A stretch of 63,255 bases of DNA, counting the filler, from Dicyema japonicum (taxonomy: Eukaryota; Animalia; Dicyemida): NCBI GenBank assembly GCA_011109175.1. It is 5 parts of 5 records of this genome, joined end to end, with 100 filler letters (N's around TTAATTAATTAA, not from the genome) between each part and the next. Parts side by side here need not be neighbours in the genome. Positions count along the whole stretch, not along the records: positions 1 to 22,229 come from RDEW01000179.1; 4 more parts are not named here. The stretch is one strand, 5' to 3'. The stretch's first letter is position 1. Each line of letters begins with the position of its first letter. Below are positions 1 to 11,899 of the stretch, in pieces. The position numbers were made by a program, and so were the translations under genes. Under the pieces are notes generated by a model that was given only the letters and a program-made list of their open reading frames with translations, was not told the DNA's origin and made no database searches.

Positions 1-480
1 ACGAGCTTAATTGTAGCTTTCTTAATTTTCTCTAGGAGGGATAAGATCTTCTCCCTCTTCGGAGAGAAGAACCACCCCTCGCAGCCATAAAATAGGCTAG
101 GAAGAATAACTCCCTTGAAGATGAACAGGTAGGTGTCGCTAACGTGTAACTTCCGTGTACATAGTAGCGACTGAAAGGCTCTTTTTATCTTCCCCTTTAT
201 GTTGTCCATGTAATCTCCTGCGTGTCCATAGTCGACCCCCAGGTAACGCAGACTGTGTGCATTGTTTACTCCCAGTGTGTATTCGTTTCAAGTATTACCT
301 TCTACCAGTGTGAATTAAAAAAACTTATCTATCTTCAATAACTATAACGTTATTTTTTAGAACAAGAATGGAGAATGGGGCAGTAAACTAATTTTTCACA
401 TATACTCCAAGGAGACACCAATTAAGAGGACAACCTTGAGGTATATATTTAATTTAATTTCCATATCACAGTAGTCTTCC
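1..480 (-). mobile_element. LINE RT C-terminal remnant
   Basis: Reverse translation gives GIPQG.., LRYLGVDY and YLFIFKGVILPSLFYGCEGW; homologous to 32896-33135. Confidence 0.75.
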
Positions 481-1079
481 TGAGTTGTCATTATCATTTT
501 TGGTGGCTAAACCATCTCCCGAAATATTTTGTTAAGTTTAACAGAATGAAATTAGTGTTTACATACATAATCGCTGATGCCCTAATGCCTAGAAAACGTG
601 GGACTGTTTAAATTAACTCACGTTCAGAATGAAATTAAGAAAGATCGATGTTTATTTCATTTATAAAACAGACTAATACCCCGAGGACTGGTGGCCACAT
701 TGAACGAAAAAGTAGTTTTTGTTTTAGGGACAAGTTTCGTATCTCCAAAAAAATTCAACAGAAGTTGTCTTTTCACTAAAGAGATTGTTTATGTAGTGAA
801 CAAAGAGGAAACCTATTATTTATCCATAAAATCAGCAGCCATGTCTTCTATAAATACGCTCACGGCAATCTCCTAATCGAATGCGCTTTTAGGTGGTGGA
901 TTTGATCTTTTTGTTCAATTTTAAAACTAGGAAAATCGAAGGACCAGGCTTCATATAGACTGGTCGCGTTGTTCTGTTTAATGTCAAATATAATGGAAAT
1001 GACAGTGACAGAACTTGTCATTTCAACATGGTTTTAAAAAAAGAGAGGCTAATTCGACCCATTGACTAACTTTATACGT

Positions 1080-1855
1080 TATGGTTTTTAGCATAGCTCG
1101 GACGCATGAAGAATGTACTTGCTCCATTGACGTCCATAAAACTTTCGACTCTGTGTCGAGGAAGATTCTTACTTTGAAAATTATCCAAACAAAAATCAGA
1201 GATCATAAAAAATGTGTCTGCATTGGACTGTCAAATATATTTCTAGGCTTCTTCCAATATTGTACCTCAAAGATACCCTTCGTCTCCTTTGTTATTCAAC
1301 CAATTCATGGCCTATCTCCCTAAATCGGAAGTCGAAAATGATATTCATCTCACTTATGCTGACAACATCGTTATAGTTTTCTATGATCGGATTGCATGTA
1401 AACATGTATCATCTTAACAAATAGTTATCGAAGAACCGCCTGTCGAACAGCACTGAAAAGTCCGTCATAACTCTCTTCACGATAGCCAAGAGACTGAGAA
1501 GACGGAATGTAATCTCGTTTAGAAAATTTTCAAAAAAATTTTTGGTAATTTTCGACATGCACATTTCATTCTCTCCTATGTTGAAAATTTGATTACAAAA
1601 TATGAAGTCTAACGTGTCGAAATGTCGCTGTGGGTTATGAAAGATTGTAAATCATCCTAGTTTGGTAACTATTACAACCATGTTGGCCGATTAATTTCCT
1701 AGACAAATCAATTCACTAAAGATCGAAGTTAGCCGAAAAAGGACTTTTAAAAATATGGAAGAGTGTACTTGGAGTTTACGGAATGGGATCACTTAGTTAG
1801 ATAAGAACTTTTATCTTTTTCTCTTGACCCAGTGATCCTGGGGGTAATAATAATT
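1080..1855 (+). mobile_element. 5'-truncated LINE 3' end with terminal hairpin and (TAA)n tail
   Basis: DVHKTFDSVSRKIL and TYADNIV motifs; ggatcact..agtgatcc stem followed by gggg-taataataat. Confidence 0.75.
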
Positions 1856-1858
1856 AAA

Positions 1859-4530
1859 ACGTGGTGTAATGTGGTCTACCAGTTATAAAAGTTCTGGAGG
1901 CGCTCAGGTTGCACTTAATGCATCGCGGAAAAGGACAATTAACTACCTCCCATCCTAGAAAAGACTCTTCGGACGACGGCCTCTTCCCTTTCTTAATCCC
2001 CCTTGGCTGAATGGGTTTCTGATTATTCTCATAGGTGACATTGAACATAATCCAGGCTTCTATTCTCAATTCTGCAGATAAACATCAACAAATTCTCGAA
2101 CTACGGTCTTTCATTAAAGAACAGAACATTGACCTGATTTTACTTCAAGAAAGCAGACTTACTCTATCATCACCAACCCCGCATTTTCCAGGATACCACT
2201 GCGTCCCCCTGACCGCTCAAACCGTCGTGGTGGGGATCTCCTCGTCATTATAAGATATAACATTCGATTTACGGACATTTCGGCGAAACTAGAGTCACTA
2301 ATAAACGATGGGACCACTGAAATATTAGGGATATCAATTACAAGCGGACTCTAAACATTACAAACATCTACGTCCCCCTCCATATTCTTGCCCAAAGGGA
2401 TTCTCTTTAAACCTAACCAAGTTAAACAAGCTCGAAATCCTGATATTGTGTGGAGATTTTGATGCTAAACATCCAGCTTGGTTATCCTTATTAAACCAAC
2501 TCACCTCTCTGACTATCCTCAACAACCCAGGAAGCACACTAGACTCCTTACAAGGAAAACGAAGCTTTAACGTTAGACATTACCTTTGTTCCCCAACCTT
2601 GTACCGGACACATCTTGGACGGTGCATTATGGATTATCTTCCGACCACAATCCCATCATTATTTGCATCAAAAAAGTTCTTTACGACAAGAAAGAGACTG
2701 TTTTATTTTTTAACTATAAAAAAGCAAACTGGGATGACTATTCAAAATACATCGATCAAGCTTTAGTAAACTTTGATATATGATATTCCCCTTAATAGAT
2801 AAAGCTATTGACTTTCTAAACAAAACTATTCTCAAGGCGCGGAGAACATTCATTCTGCGTGGATCATTTAAATTTTACAATGAAAAATTTGATCAGAACA
2901 CCAAATCATTAATTAAAGAAAGGAATCGGCTGAAAAGACATGTACCTTCATTTCCCGGACAGAAAAATCAAACAAAAACTCTCAACAAAGAAATATCAAA
3001 AAAGATTAGAAAAGCTGAAGCCAACAATGAAGCAAACTAGTATCTTCCTTCCATTTCAGAAATCTGCTCAGACGATATGGAGAGAAATTAAACAATTTGA
3101 TCCAAAAGGAAATTTTAAAAGACAACAGACGGAACAGCACAATCTTTAAGAGCTCATGAAATACTACACCAATATAAGCCACAAACCTTTCAGGAAAATG
3201 GATGGGCCTTTCTTTATCCTCAATAAGACCGAAGAGAACACAACTGATTAACTTTATCTCTCATTCAGAAGTCAGTGAGGGTTTGAAGAGGATGAATTCT
3301 TTTCTCTCATGTGGGCCAGATACTATGGTATTTTACTAAAACACCTTGGACCTATTGCGATTGATGTAATCACAGTGATGTTCAACTATTCAATAAACAT
3401 GAATACAATTCCAACTATCTGAAAATTGTTTTTTATACGCCCAATCTTAAGCCTGGAAAGCCTAAAGACAATCCTGCATCATTTCGACCAATCTCTTTAC
3501 TATGCACTTATCAAAGTTATTGGAAAAATTGACATTATAACCCCGTCCCTTCCTTTTTCGTCCTTACAACATGGATTCAGAAAGGGTCAGTCAACTTCTA
3601 CCCCATAACTTCCCTCAGCCAATTTATCATTGAAGGCTTTAACACAAATCTCGTCACCTCAAAACAGTCGTCTGCTTGATCATTTACAAAAGGCCTTTGA
3701 CTCTGTCTCAAGGAAAATCCTACCCGGAAATTGTTTGTCCTCCCCGTCAACCCCAATATAAAACTTTAGCTTGCTAACTTCATAAATGGAAAAAGAGCCC
3801 GGGTATACATGGATGGGACCAAATCAATTTCAAACTTACTACCCAATAGTGTCCCACAAGGTTCTCTTTATCACCCGCCTTATTTAACTTATGCATGTCC
3901 GATTTACCACAACCCGATAATAAAGACGATTTCATCCTATCATATGCTGATGACTTATTAATCAGATCCCGCGATCAAGATATCCCAAAGGCATCAGAAA
4001 GACTACAAGAATACCTTCACAAAATTCAAATTTTGTTAAATTATAACCTGCTTGATATATCTACTGAAAAATGTCCTTTCATCTCACGTCGACGTTGTCT
4101 CTGGAAGCTACTCGAGAAAGCTAGGGATAATCAAAACTATTTTTGGTGCTACCAAAACCCCTTTCCCAGCTTTGAAATTGTTGTACAAACAATTCATTGA
4201 GCCAACTGTCAGCTATGCCTGTACGTCATGGAGAATCAATCTGTCCTGGACGATCAAACAAAGATTCCGGGACATTCAGGCCTTAACAGCCACTACTATT
4301 AGTAATCTCAGGAAACTAGAAAAGCTAATACCCTCATCACTTGAAGACCTTATCCAACAAAATGGAAAAAGATTTGCTACCCTGTGCAAGCAATGCAACT
4401 CTCAACAATACACAATCACGACGTGTCTTATGAGAAGAATATACATCACCCCTTTTCAATTCCTATTCCCAAAACCACTCAGCCCACAAAGAAGTTGTGT
4501 TGGATCCCAAAGGGCGCACGAGAAAAAAAT
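1859..4530 (+). mobile_element. Decayed near-full-length APE-RT LINE (I/Jockey/Ingi-like), no ORF1
   Basis: APE motifs NIDLILLQESRL, CGDFDAKH and LSSDHNPI; RT motifs QHGFRKGQST, KAFDSVSRK, VPQGS.LSP.LFN and SYADDLL; C-terminal LYKQFIEPTVSYACTSW. Many frameshifts. Confidence 0.92.
2004..2057 (+). other. 2A-like (StopGo) peptide remnant WLNGFLIILIGDIEHNPG
   Basis: ggt gac att gaa cat aat cca ggc at 2034-2057, after a hydrophobic stretch and directly before the APE domain. Confidence 0.75.
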
Positions 4531-4959
4531 GTTTTTTTATTTATTTAACCCAAGACCACGGTAAAACAAAACTAAAAAAATGTTAAAGATAATTAATAAA
4601 TAATGTTAAAGATAATTAATAATAAGAAAAAAATGTTAAAGATAATTAATAAATTTAATAATAAAATATTAATTATTTAAATATAAAAACTTGTTCACGT
4701 GCTTAGTAGTTTGTGTAACCATGATCTCTCGTGTTATTATTATTTACAAACGAGTCATATTAATTATCGTGGAATATCACGAAAAGTTATTCTATTAATT
4801 AGGAATTCAACAGTTGGTCATCATTGAAGTACACAGGAAATTACTCATTTGAGGTATTTGAATTAATTATAATAATTTCACATTTAAAACTAGTGAATGA
4901 TAAATAAATTGTTTTTTAACAAAATAAAACGAGTAAAGTATCTGATTAGGTGGATTTAA

Positions 4960-5345
4960 TTCCAAATTGCTGGTAACCTTCTCATTCTGCTAGAAGAAGA
5001 GTCTGCCATCAACTCCCTTTTATTCCTCTTCTCCACATCAGAGTCAGTCTAAATTTCTCTGTCAGAGTTCAGTAGGATGTCCTCACGGTATGCCAGTTTA
5101 CAAGTTGAGAGGTAGCAGAGGTGTACCCTTCATCAGAAACCTTCATCCCATGTTTGTGTTCAATTTGCATGCAATCGAGAATCCTTTCAAAACTACTGGC
5201 TGGATGTAGTTCTCCTTGCTCCTTCAACAGATTGCTTATCCATATAGCTATTCAAACATTTCGAGACAACTCCATCCAAGGTCACAACTAGTTGGATAAT
5301 CTTTACTTGACAATCGTAGAGAAGCGAAAGCTCATTTACGCGAGG
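4960..5345 (-). mobile_element. R4/Dong-like RLE LINE 3' remnant, paralog of 23030-23440
   Basis: NELSLLYDCQVKIIQLVVTLDGVVSKC; clear nucleotide similarity to 23030-23440. Confidence 0.75.
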
Positions 5346-5699
5346 TAAATATTTTGTAGTCAATGTTCATTCCTCATGTTCCTTTATTTTTATTAACTTG
5401 AATACACTAAGAAAGAAGTTAATAGCCAATGACTAATATTTCCCAGGTCACATAAGCATAGACCTTCTAATATCCCACTAAGAACATGCAGTTGTAAGAC
5501 AAATGACCCCTTTTCGTGCTGTCCAAGCAATAGGTGCTACCTGAGACAGATGGAGCAATGATGCCACTCTTGTTGAACATAGAAAAAAACACAGAAAATG
5601 GGGGGATACATTCATAATTTATATAATTTATAGCGAATTGCCCCGTGAAGATAAAATAATAGGTTAATTATTCATTCCTGACCTATTTTTAAAGCAACA

Positions 5700-5935
5700 T
5701 GAGTAAAACCATAATAGTTATAATTTCACCCGTGCAGCATTCGAAACAATCTTCCTAACCAAGTTCTTACGACTTGGTATAGAATTTCCTCAACTCATCC
5801 AGATCGTCTCCATTTCAGAGTTCACAAAGTTTAGATCTCCATCAATTGTTTCTGGAAGTGTAACACGCCGATATCCATGGAAACACGGTCCCATTCTCAT
5901 GAAGTAATCCTCCATTACTATATTATTATGCATAT
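5700..5935 (-). mobile_element. RTE-like LINE 3' remnant
   Basis: MEDYF..FHGYRRVTLPETIDGDL..DDLDELR, the same motif as at 43750-43900. Confidence 0.6.
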
Positions 5936-6039
5936 AACGCTTTCAAGTGAGATATCATATTTGAAAAGAACACTGAAATTTTATCTTTTCGACAAATACC
6001 ATCTCTTTTTTACCCCTCGTTTTTGAAAATGAAATCATT

Positions 6040-6260
6040 CTTTCTCACACAAAAGGTCGATTCATTAAGTCTCCTTTTTTCATCGGAATCGATAATGTTC
6101 TGCAAGATATTTCTACTCTTCTCAATTTATGGTACCTAGACGACTGAATCCTTGGAAGAAGCCATGAGAGTGTCTGTTAAAAGTAATTACGATTTTCTAG
6201 GATTTTTGAGGATTGGATTTGAAGTTATACAAAAAAGTATGAAGAAGTTAGTTTTTGCAT
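6040..6260 (+). mobile_element. CRE-like RT remnant
   Basis: LLNLWYLDD motif typical of CRE-clade RT. Confidence 0.5.
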
Positions 6261-6317
6261 GATTGGATAATCTTTTGCCTTCAGAAAAACAAATTGATGA
6301 TGTTGTTCAAGTATATA

Positions 6318-6640
6318 GCCGCGTGGCGCCATGTAGTTTTTAGTGGCTAATTGGTTGAAGTTTCTGTTTGTTCGTCTGTTCTTCCTCTCTCTTCCTATTA
6401 GAGTGGAGTCATGTGATCCACCTGTCTAGGTGTCGCCCAGTGCCAAGCCGACACGAAAAAGGATCATTTGCTCTTCCCCACTCCACTGGAGAGGTTTCCA
6501 CAACTGCAAGTATGGATGTCTTTTACCCTTTATGTTGATTCCGGATGGACTTTGTTTCTGTAGAAGTGGAAACTGGATACACTTAATTAGTTGTTTTTAA
6601 CTTATTTCTCAATGTATCCGGGGTTAATAAATAAATAATA
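6318..6640 (+). mobile_element. Bipartite SINE-like element, copy A
   Basis: Homologous to 54220-54405, 54407-54750 and 60070-60345(-). Its 3' tail is near-identical to the LINE end at 47280-47375. Confidence 0.85.
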
Positions 6641-7415
6641 AATTCGTCAGTGTCTAATAACTTTCTCACAATGTTTAATAAGTTTGTCAAAATGTTTAAA
6701 AATTGTGTCAAAAGTTCAATAACTTTTAAATAATGTTTAATTAAATGACAAATTGCAATTTAAGTGAATTCTGAAGAGGAACTAAAACTTTGCTAGATGA
6801 TGACAGTTCAAGAATGAACAGGTTCTACTTTCAAACACGGAGTTGGAAGTCAGGGTTGGCTCAGAGCGCTCTTGGCAAATTTAAAACACACACAGGCACT
6901 CCAGAAGGTGAATCATTATAACTAATTCTCTGTTATTTATCTGTAAGCTGCTCTTCATGATCTGAGAGCTAAAAAATTGTCCTACTTCTATCTAGTAACC
7001 ATCAGTATCTGTGGAAGTAGGGAACATTCCTTAATGATCCGGATTACCGAACTAATCTGAAATCGGATAAGATATGGTTTTGAAAAAGAAAGAGTCTTTT
7101 GAGAGCAATATGGATGAAAGAAGGCCTGCCTCAAGACAACTAGAAGTCATTATTCCAATGCTTGGTTGAATGTTTATCAAGTGCTAAAATTGGCAACCTT
7201 CTGACGATGAGGAAATGAGAAAATTAACCTCGCTCCGTCTTGACCTTAATTTTGTGCTAAATAAAATGTCGTAGTGGACGTCGGATCGATGGTTATCATC
7301 ATTTATGCTGATTTCTGGCTGTCCACCGACATGCAGTCTAAACTTGACTTAAAAATGCACTTTCCTCTGCTTGCCACTACTACGATGTTTTCCGAAATTA
7401 GTCGCCAGAGCTTAT

Positions 7416-8530
7416 TCACTTTCGTATAAAATCTACTCTACTTTTTTGGTAAAAGCCTGGGGTTAATAAATAAAATTTCAGAAGTTTCCTCCTTTTAATG
7501 CCCTCATCTAAACCAGTCAATTCCCTCGCTCTGTCGTTCTGGAAAGACAAGATTTCATCGACAACACGCTCTTTAAAAACTATAATATCGGTAAGGGCTT
7601 CCAGGCAGAATAAATTCCTGATAATCTCTGGTTCTTGAAGATAATCGAACATAGCGACAGATCCTTTAGCAACAATGTTGTCAAAAAAAGAAATATCTCA
7701 TTACATTACTAAAGACTCTCAACCAGTTTGTGGCATATCCTTCTCACAGCTGTTAATTACAATATGTTGATCTACACAGGATGAGATATTGGAATCATCC
7801 TAATTGTCCTACCATTTTTATTAATCTGGAAAAAGGCGGAGAACATATTGTACGAGGAAAAAGATTAGGAACTTAACTAAACTAAAAGTAAGATAAGATT
7901 TTCAGTAAAAGACAATCCTTTGATATTCAAATTAGATCTTCTTACAGCTCAATGTCGATAGATTGCCTCTCAATACTGGAAATGTTCAGTCGAGGAACAT
8001 GAATAGAACTTTTCAATTTTGGTGGGTGTATTCATATCAACACTTTTTAAACAAACTTTTTGACATGTCGATCTACATGAACAAAGACGTTAAACAACTT
8101 TGCAACAAAGCAAAGCAAAATCAAATAACCTTCAGCAATAACGAGTAACTCGAACGGTCAACAAAAAAAGTTTAACTTTTCATTACAAGCAATTCATCAG
8201 GATGACATTGAATTATGCCTCCCTAGCCAGAGCTAAATATCACCCTCCCTTCTACAAAAGCTGCACCAGGTCCAATATCTAGTATTGAGAGGTACAACGG
8301 GTTATTTAAAATCATTTCACGTTGGGAGTAGAACTCCTGCTTACGGATGGCCACCTTAAAATGAGGAGCGTACAATATCCCAGACAATCGTTGATCCAAA
8401 CCACCCAACCTTCCCATTATTTGAATCCACTAACTGCAGATAAATACGGAGAACATTTGCTGATCTCCAACACTCAGAAAAATCCCACCTCTATAACAAA
8501 ACCTAACCTGGACGAAAATTATACATGAAT
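7416..8530 (-). CDS. Candidate multi-exon gene, possibly with a cyclic-nucleotide-binding-like domain
   Basis: In-frame segments YNFRPGGIFLSVGDQQMFSVFIC, LSILDIGPGAAFG and MFDYLQEPEIIRN...KERVVDEIL are separated by GT-AG micro-intron candidates. A full model was not resolved. Confidence 0.3.
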
Positions 8531-11500
8531 TTGTTTTTACGAACCTTTAAAAAAACAAAATACTTGAACGCAGACCTCCTGAGATTTGGTTTTTTGTTTA
8601 ATGAATGATATTTTTCAATGTTTATCATGATATTTTCATTTATTTTTTAATTAATTTATTTATTTTAATTAATAGAAATAAAGTTCATTTTCAAGGTTGA
8701 AACCATCCCAATCAATCACGTAAGTCTTGTAAAACAAGTTATTTATCTAGTTAGTAATTTATGTAGGAAGTATTGGATAGTAGTTACAGTGAATAAAATT
8801 ATTTTTCTTCGCTTTAGGATACATCTTAAAGCGTTTATTCCCAGGAGATGCTAATGATTTTATGAGAGTCTCTTAAAGATCGCAATCAGCTTTTACTACA
8901 GGTGTTTTTATTTCCAATAAACAAAAAGACACTTTAAATTAGAACATTTTTGTAATATAAAAAGACCTTGAATATGGCGTAGTGTCACAAATTCCGGGCA
9001 AATTTCTAATTTCCCCTGATTCGAATCTCGTTGCTGCAAATTCCGGTGAAGGCTCCACGCGTCTATAATGCTTCGGCTATGAAGAGTAACAAAGCTATCA
9101 GTTAATACTTCACAACAGAATCGGATCTTCTTAATAGGACTATAACGGAAAAAAACAAAAAAAGGAGTTAAGGGACATTAGACTTTGAATAATAAATCAA
9201 ATAGCCCCGATCGACATAATTGACCTCTCACGCATTTAACTAATATGTAAAGCATTTAAACACGTCAGTCTTCTCAAGTAACTATTCCACCGTCATTTCG
9301 TGGTTCTCGAAATTGGCACCAATTTTGAAGCCAATATAATTTTAATAATAAACAATAGAAACCATCACATCTGAAAAGTCATCTATTTGTAGGAAAAACA
9401 TCCCCATATGTCAGAACAGAAGAGTACTATTACCGACTCAACTCTGAAACCTCATGTGAGATCAGCACGTGGAATTGGATAAAAAAAATTGGACTTACGA
9501 TGAGTTTTGAAACAGGGCATTTGATCTTTCACCTTGATTAGCGCATAATCTTAATCCGACACAAAAAAATCCCCATTTTCTCCGCAACGGGTCATTACCA
9601 TATCCCATATATCCACAATTTAGTTTTCCCAAATATAAATCCTAATGTTCCCGGAGGACCTAAGTTTTTCGTTTTGCCATCCAGTCTACTTAACTGCCAA
9701 CACATTACGCTAATTTTCCACAGCTCTTGTCTTCACCACGATATAAGATTCACTCCTCAGGTATATCTCCCAATGAGCTCTTCCGATTTTACTATTTTCA
9801 AATGAAGATGTTGTGACATAGTCTATTCCAGCTTTAGTTATGGGTTTCGGTAAACGTTTGATATAGCGCAAGTGGAAAAGTGACGTTTATGTTAAGAGAA
9901 CCTTCACTATCACGTTGAGTTCTGATGGTCCATGAAAGCAAAGAACCTCTTTTTCATCCAGAGATATACTGTATCAACGCCGTAGACGTGCGAGTCTGAT
10001 GGCTCTCGTGAGCATCGATTCAGAAGTAGGTAGTTAATTGGTCGGAAGGTTGAGGTGGTAATGCATCTTTATTGCATTAATGTTTATTTCGCTTCATTAC
10101 GGATCAAAGCTCATCTTGGATTGAGGAGACACGTGAAACTCAAGTTCTTAACTAAAGAAACATGGAAACTCTAAAATTTAGAGAAATTTTCAGAAAATTC
10201 TTAGATTTATTATATTTAATGATAATTGTCTTTTTGACTAAATAGAAAACAGTTGAACTCATTAAGAAAAAAACTCTTAAGATATAAGTTAAACTAATAT
10301 TTAAATTATAAATTTTTTAACCCGAAAAACATTTTAAAAAAAGAAAGTTATCTTACTGATTATGTGATCTCGAGACCAAATAAAAATTTGGATTAATTTA
10401 CAAACTTTAATAAATTATTTTTTTTATTTATTTAAAATAAACAACAAGTAAATTTATTTAAATGTAAACGGCTGGTGGTTTTTTGTCGCAAAAAAACCAA
10501 TCCTTCTTTTTACATTAGACTAATTACCAGCTCGCTCACTATGGCAGAAATGAAAGCAACCATATAACATACATGAACCCTATCATCCACGAGTGAGACT
10601 TTTATTTTAACTTTAGTTATGTATCCAATAAATTCACTACAAATGCTTAACAGTTACAAGAATCGTGCGAGACCTCAAATCGGAAACTCCAAAAATCCTA
10701 GAAGAAAGATATCAAAATATTTATTTGTGCTGAAAAATAGAACAGCTGAAAAAGTTCAATGTAAATGCTATGAAGTGGAATAAAGCTTATAAATTCTTCT
10801 ATTCGATCTGTCGGTTGACCCACGTGCAGTTGAGTTGTGTGAGTTGAGAAGAGATTAGTAAAATATAGTGTTTGAAATTACTTAGTTGGTTTCTGGCCTG
10901 TTTGACTGAGGATAAAAGCTGAGTTGGAAGTTATCTAATTAACTGGTTTGATGATCCCCAAATATATTTTGAGGATGTATGCTCATGTGGAATGATAGGG
11001 TTTATATGTTCTTAGTTTTACTAGAAAACCTACGTCAGTGGGCATACGCAGTTTTGTGCAGTCCTTGATTACTTCTGACTCCTCTTCTATGACTGAGGAC
11101 AGTTCTGAGAAAGCTATGAGGAATGGGAGACTGAGTGATTTACTGAGGCTGAGTGATAGTCCCGTTTGCAGTCTTTGTCCGCTAGTTAAAGTGACAATTC
11201 TGAACATAGTGAAGGAGGGCTTCTAATATAGGAATCTATGTAAGAATGATCCGCTCTGAGAAGCCACGTGAGGATTGGATTAAATTAAGAATTTCCAATT
11301 TCCAAAAATCACACAGAAGTCCACCAAGACAAGAGGAAAGTAAATAGACTTTTGTGACCCAATGAAGTACAAAAAATATGATTGTCTCCTCGGATCTATC
11401 TAGCCATTAATCCAACAGACAGGTAAACCGCATTACATCATACTGATAACTGAAGAGAACCCATCCACCAGATAGCCGTAAAATAACCTAAGTGAACATT

Positions 11501-11733
11501 ACTAGAGGATGATATTAATAGCATGTACTGTATCGACTTTAAATGGAAAGCGAATTCATAGTAAGCACAATCATCAAAGTTATGAAACTTGTACATTTCC
11601 CTAAATTTTGTCCTGATAAGATTTGAGCTCGAAACATTAGTGTATCAGACATTTTTTAAAATAAATTTACTTATTTTCGAAATGTCAACTCTTAAAAAAT
11701 AAAAAAAATTATTCAATTAATTGAAATTTTGTT

Positions 11734-11798
11734 GGGCGTGTAGCCCAGTGTGACGGGTAAGAGGGTTGAAGGTCCCTAGTTCAAATTCCATACTGTAC
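11734..11798 (+). other. tRNA-like / Pol III promoter-like relic
   Basis: A-box-like TAGCCCAGTGTG at 11741 and B-box-like GTTCAAATTC at 11779; no complete cloverleaf. Confidence 0.3.
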
Positions 11799-11899
11799 AT
11801 TTCGGTTTTTAGGTATCAGGAATCAAGTTTTAGATTTCGGCTTAAAGAGAGACACACTGCAGAATCGGATCGTCTAAAGATGACATACATCCAAGAAAA

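Noticed and set aside
30-200. Hairpin cluster including a cUUCGg tetraloop
   Set aside because: The reverse strand translates as LINE RT C-terminus homologous to 32896-33135, so the folds are probably incidental.
6400-6475. Hammerhead ribozyme in the SINE core
   Set aside because: GAAA is present but the CUGANGA core and the NUH site are absent.
8780-10010. Probable micro-intron gene fragments here, and at 6780-7400, 16060-16450, 17100-17650, 18900-19300, 40440-40790 and 45600-46400
   Set aside because: Coding-like segments exist, but I could not build a consistent spliced model or recognise a family; left unannotated.
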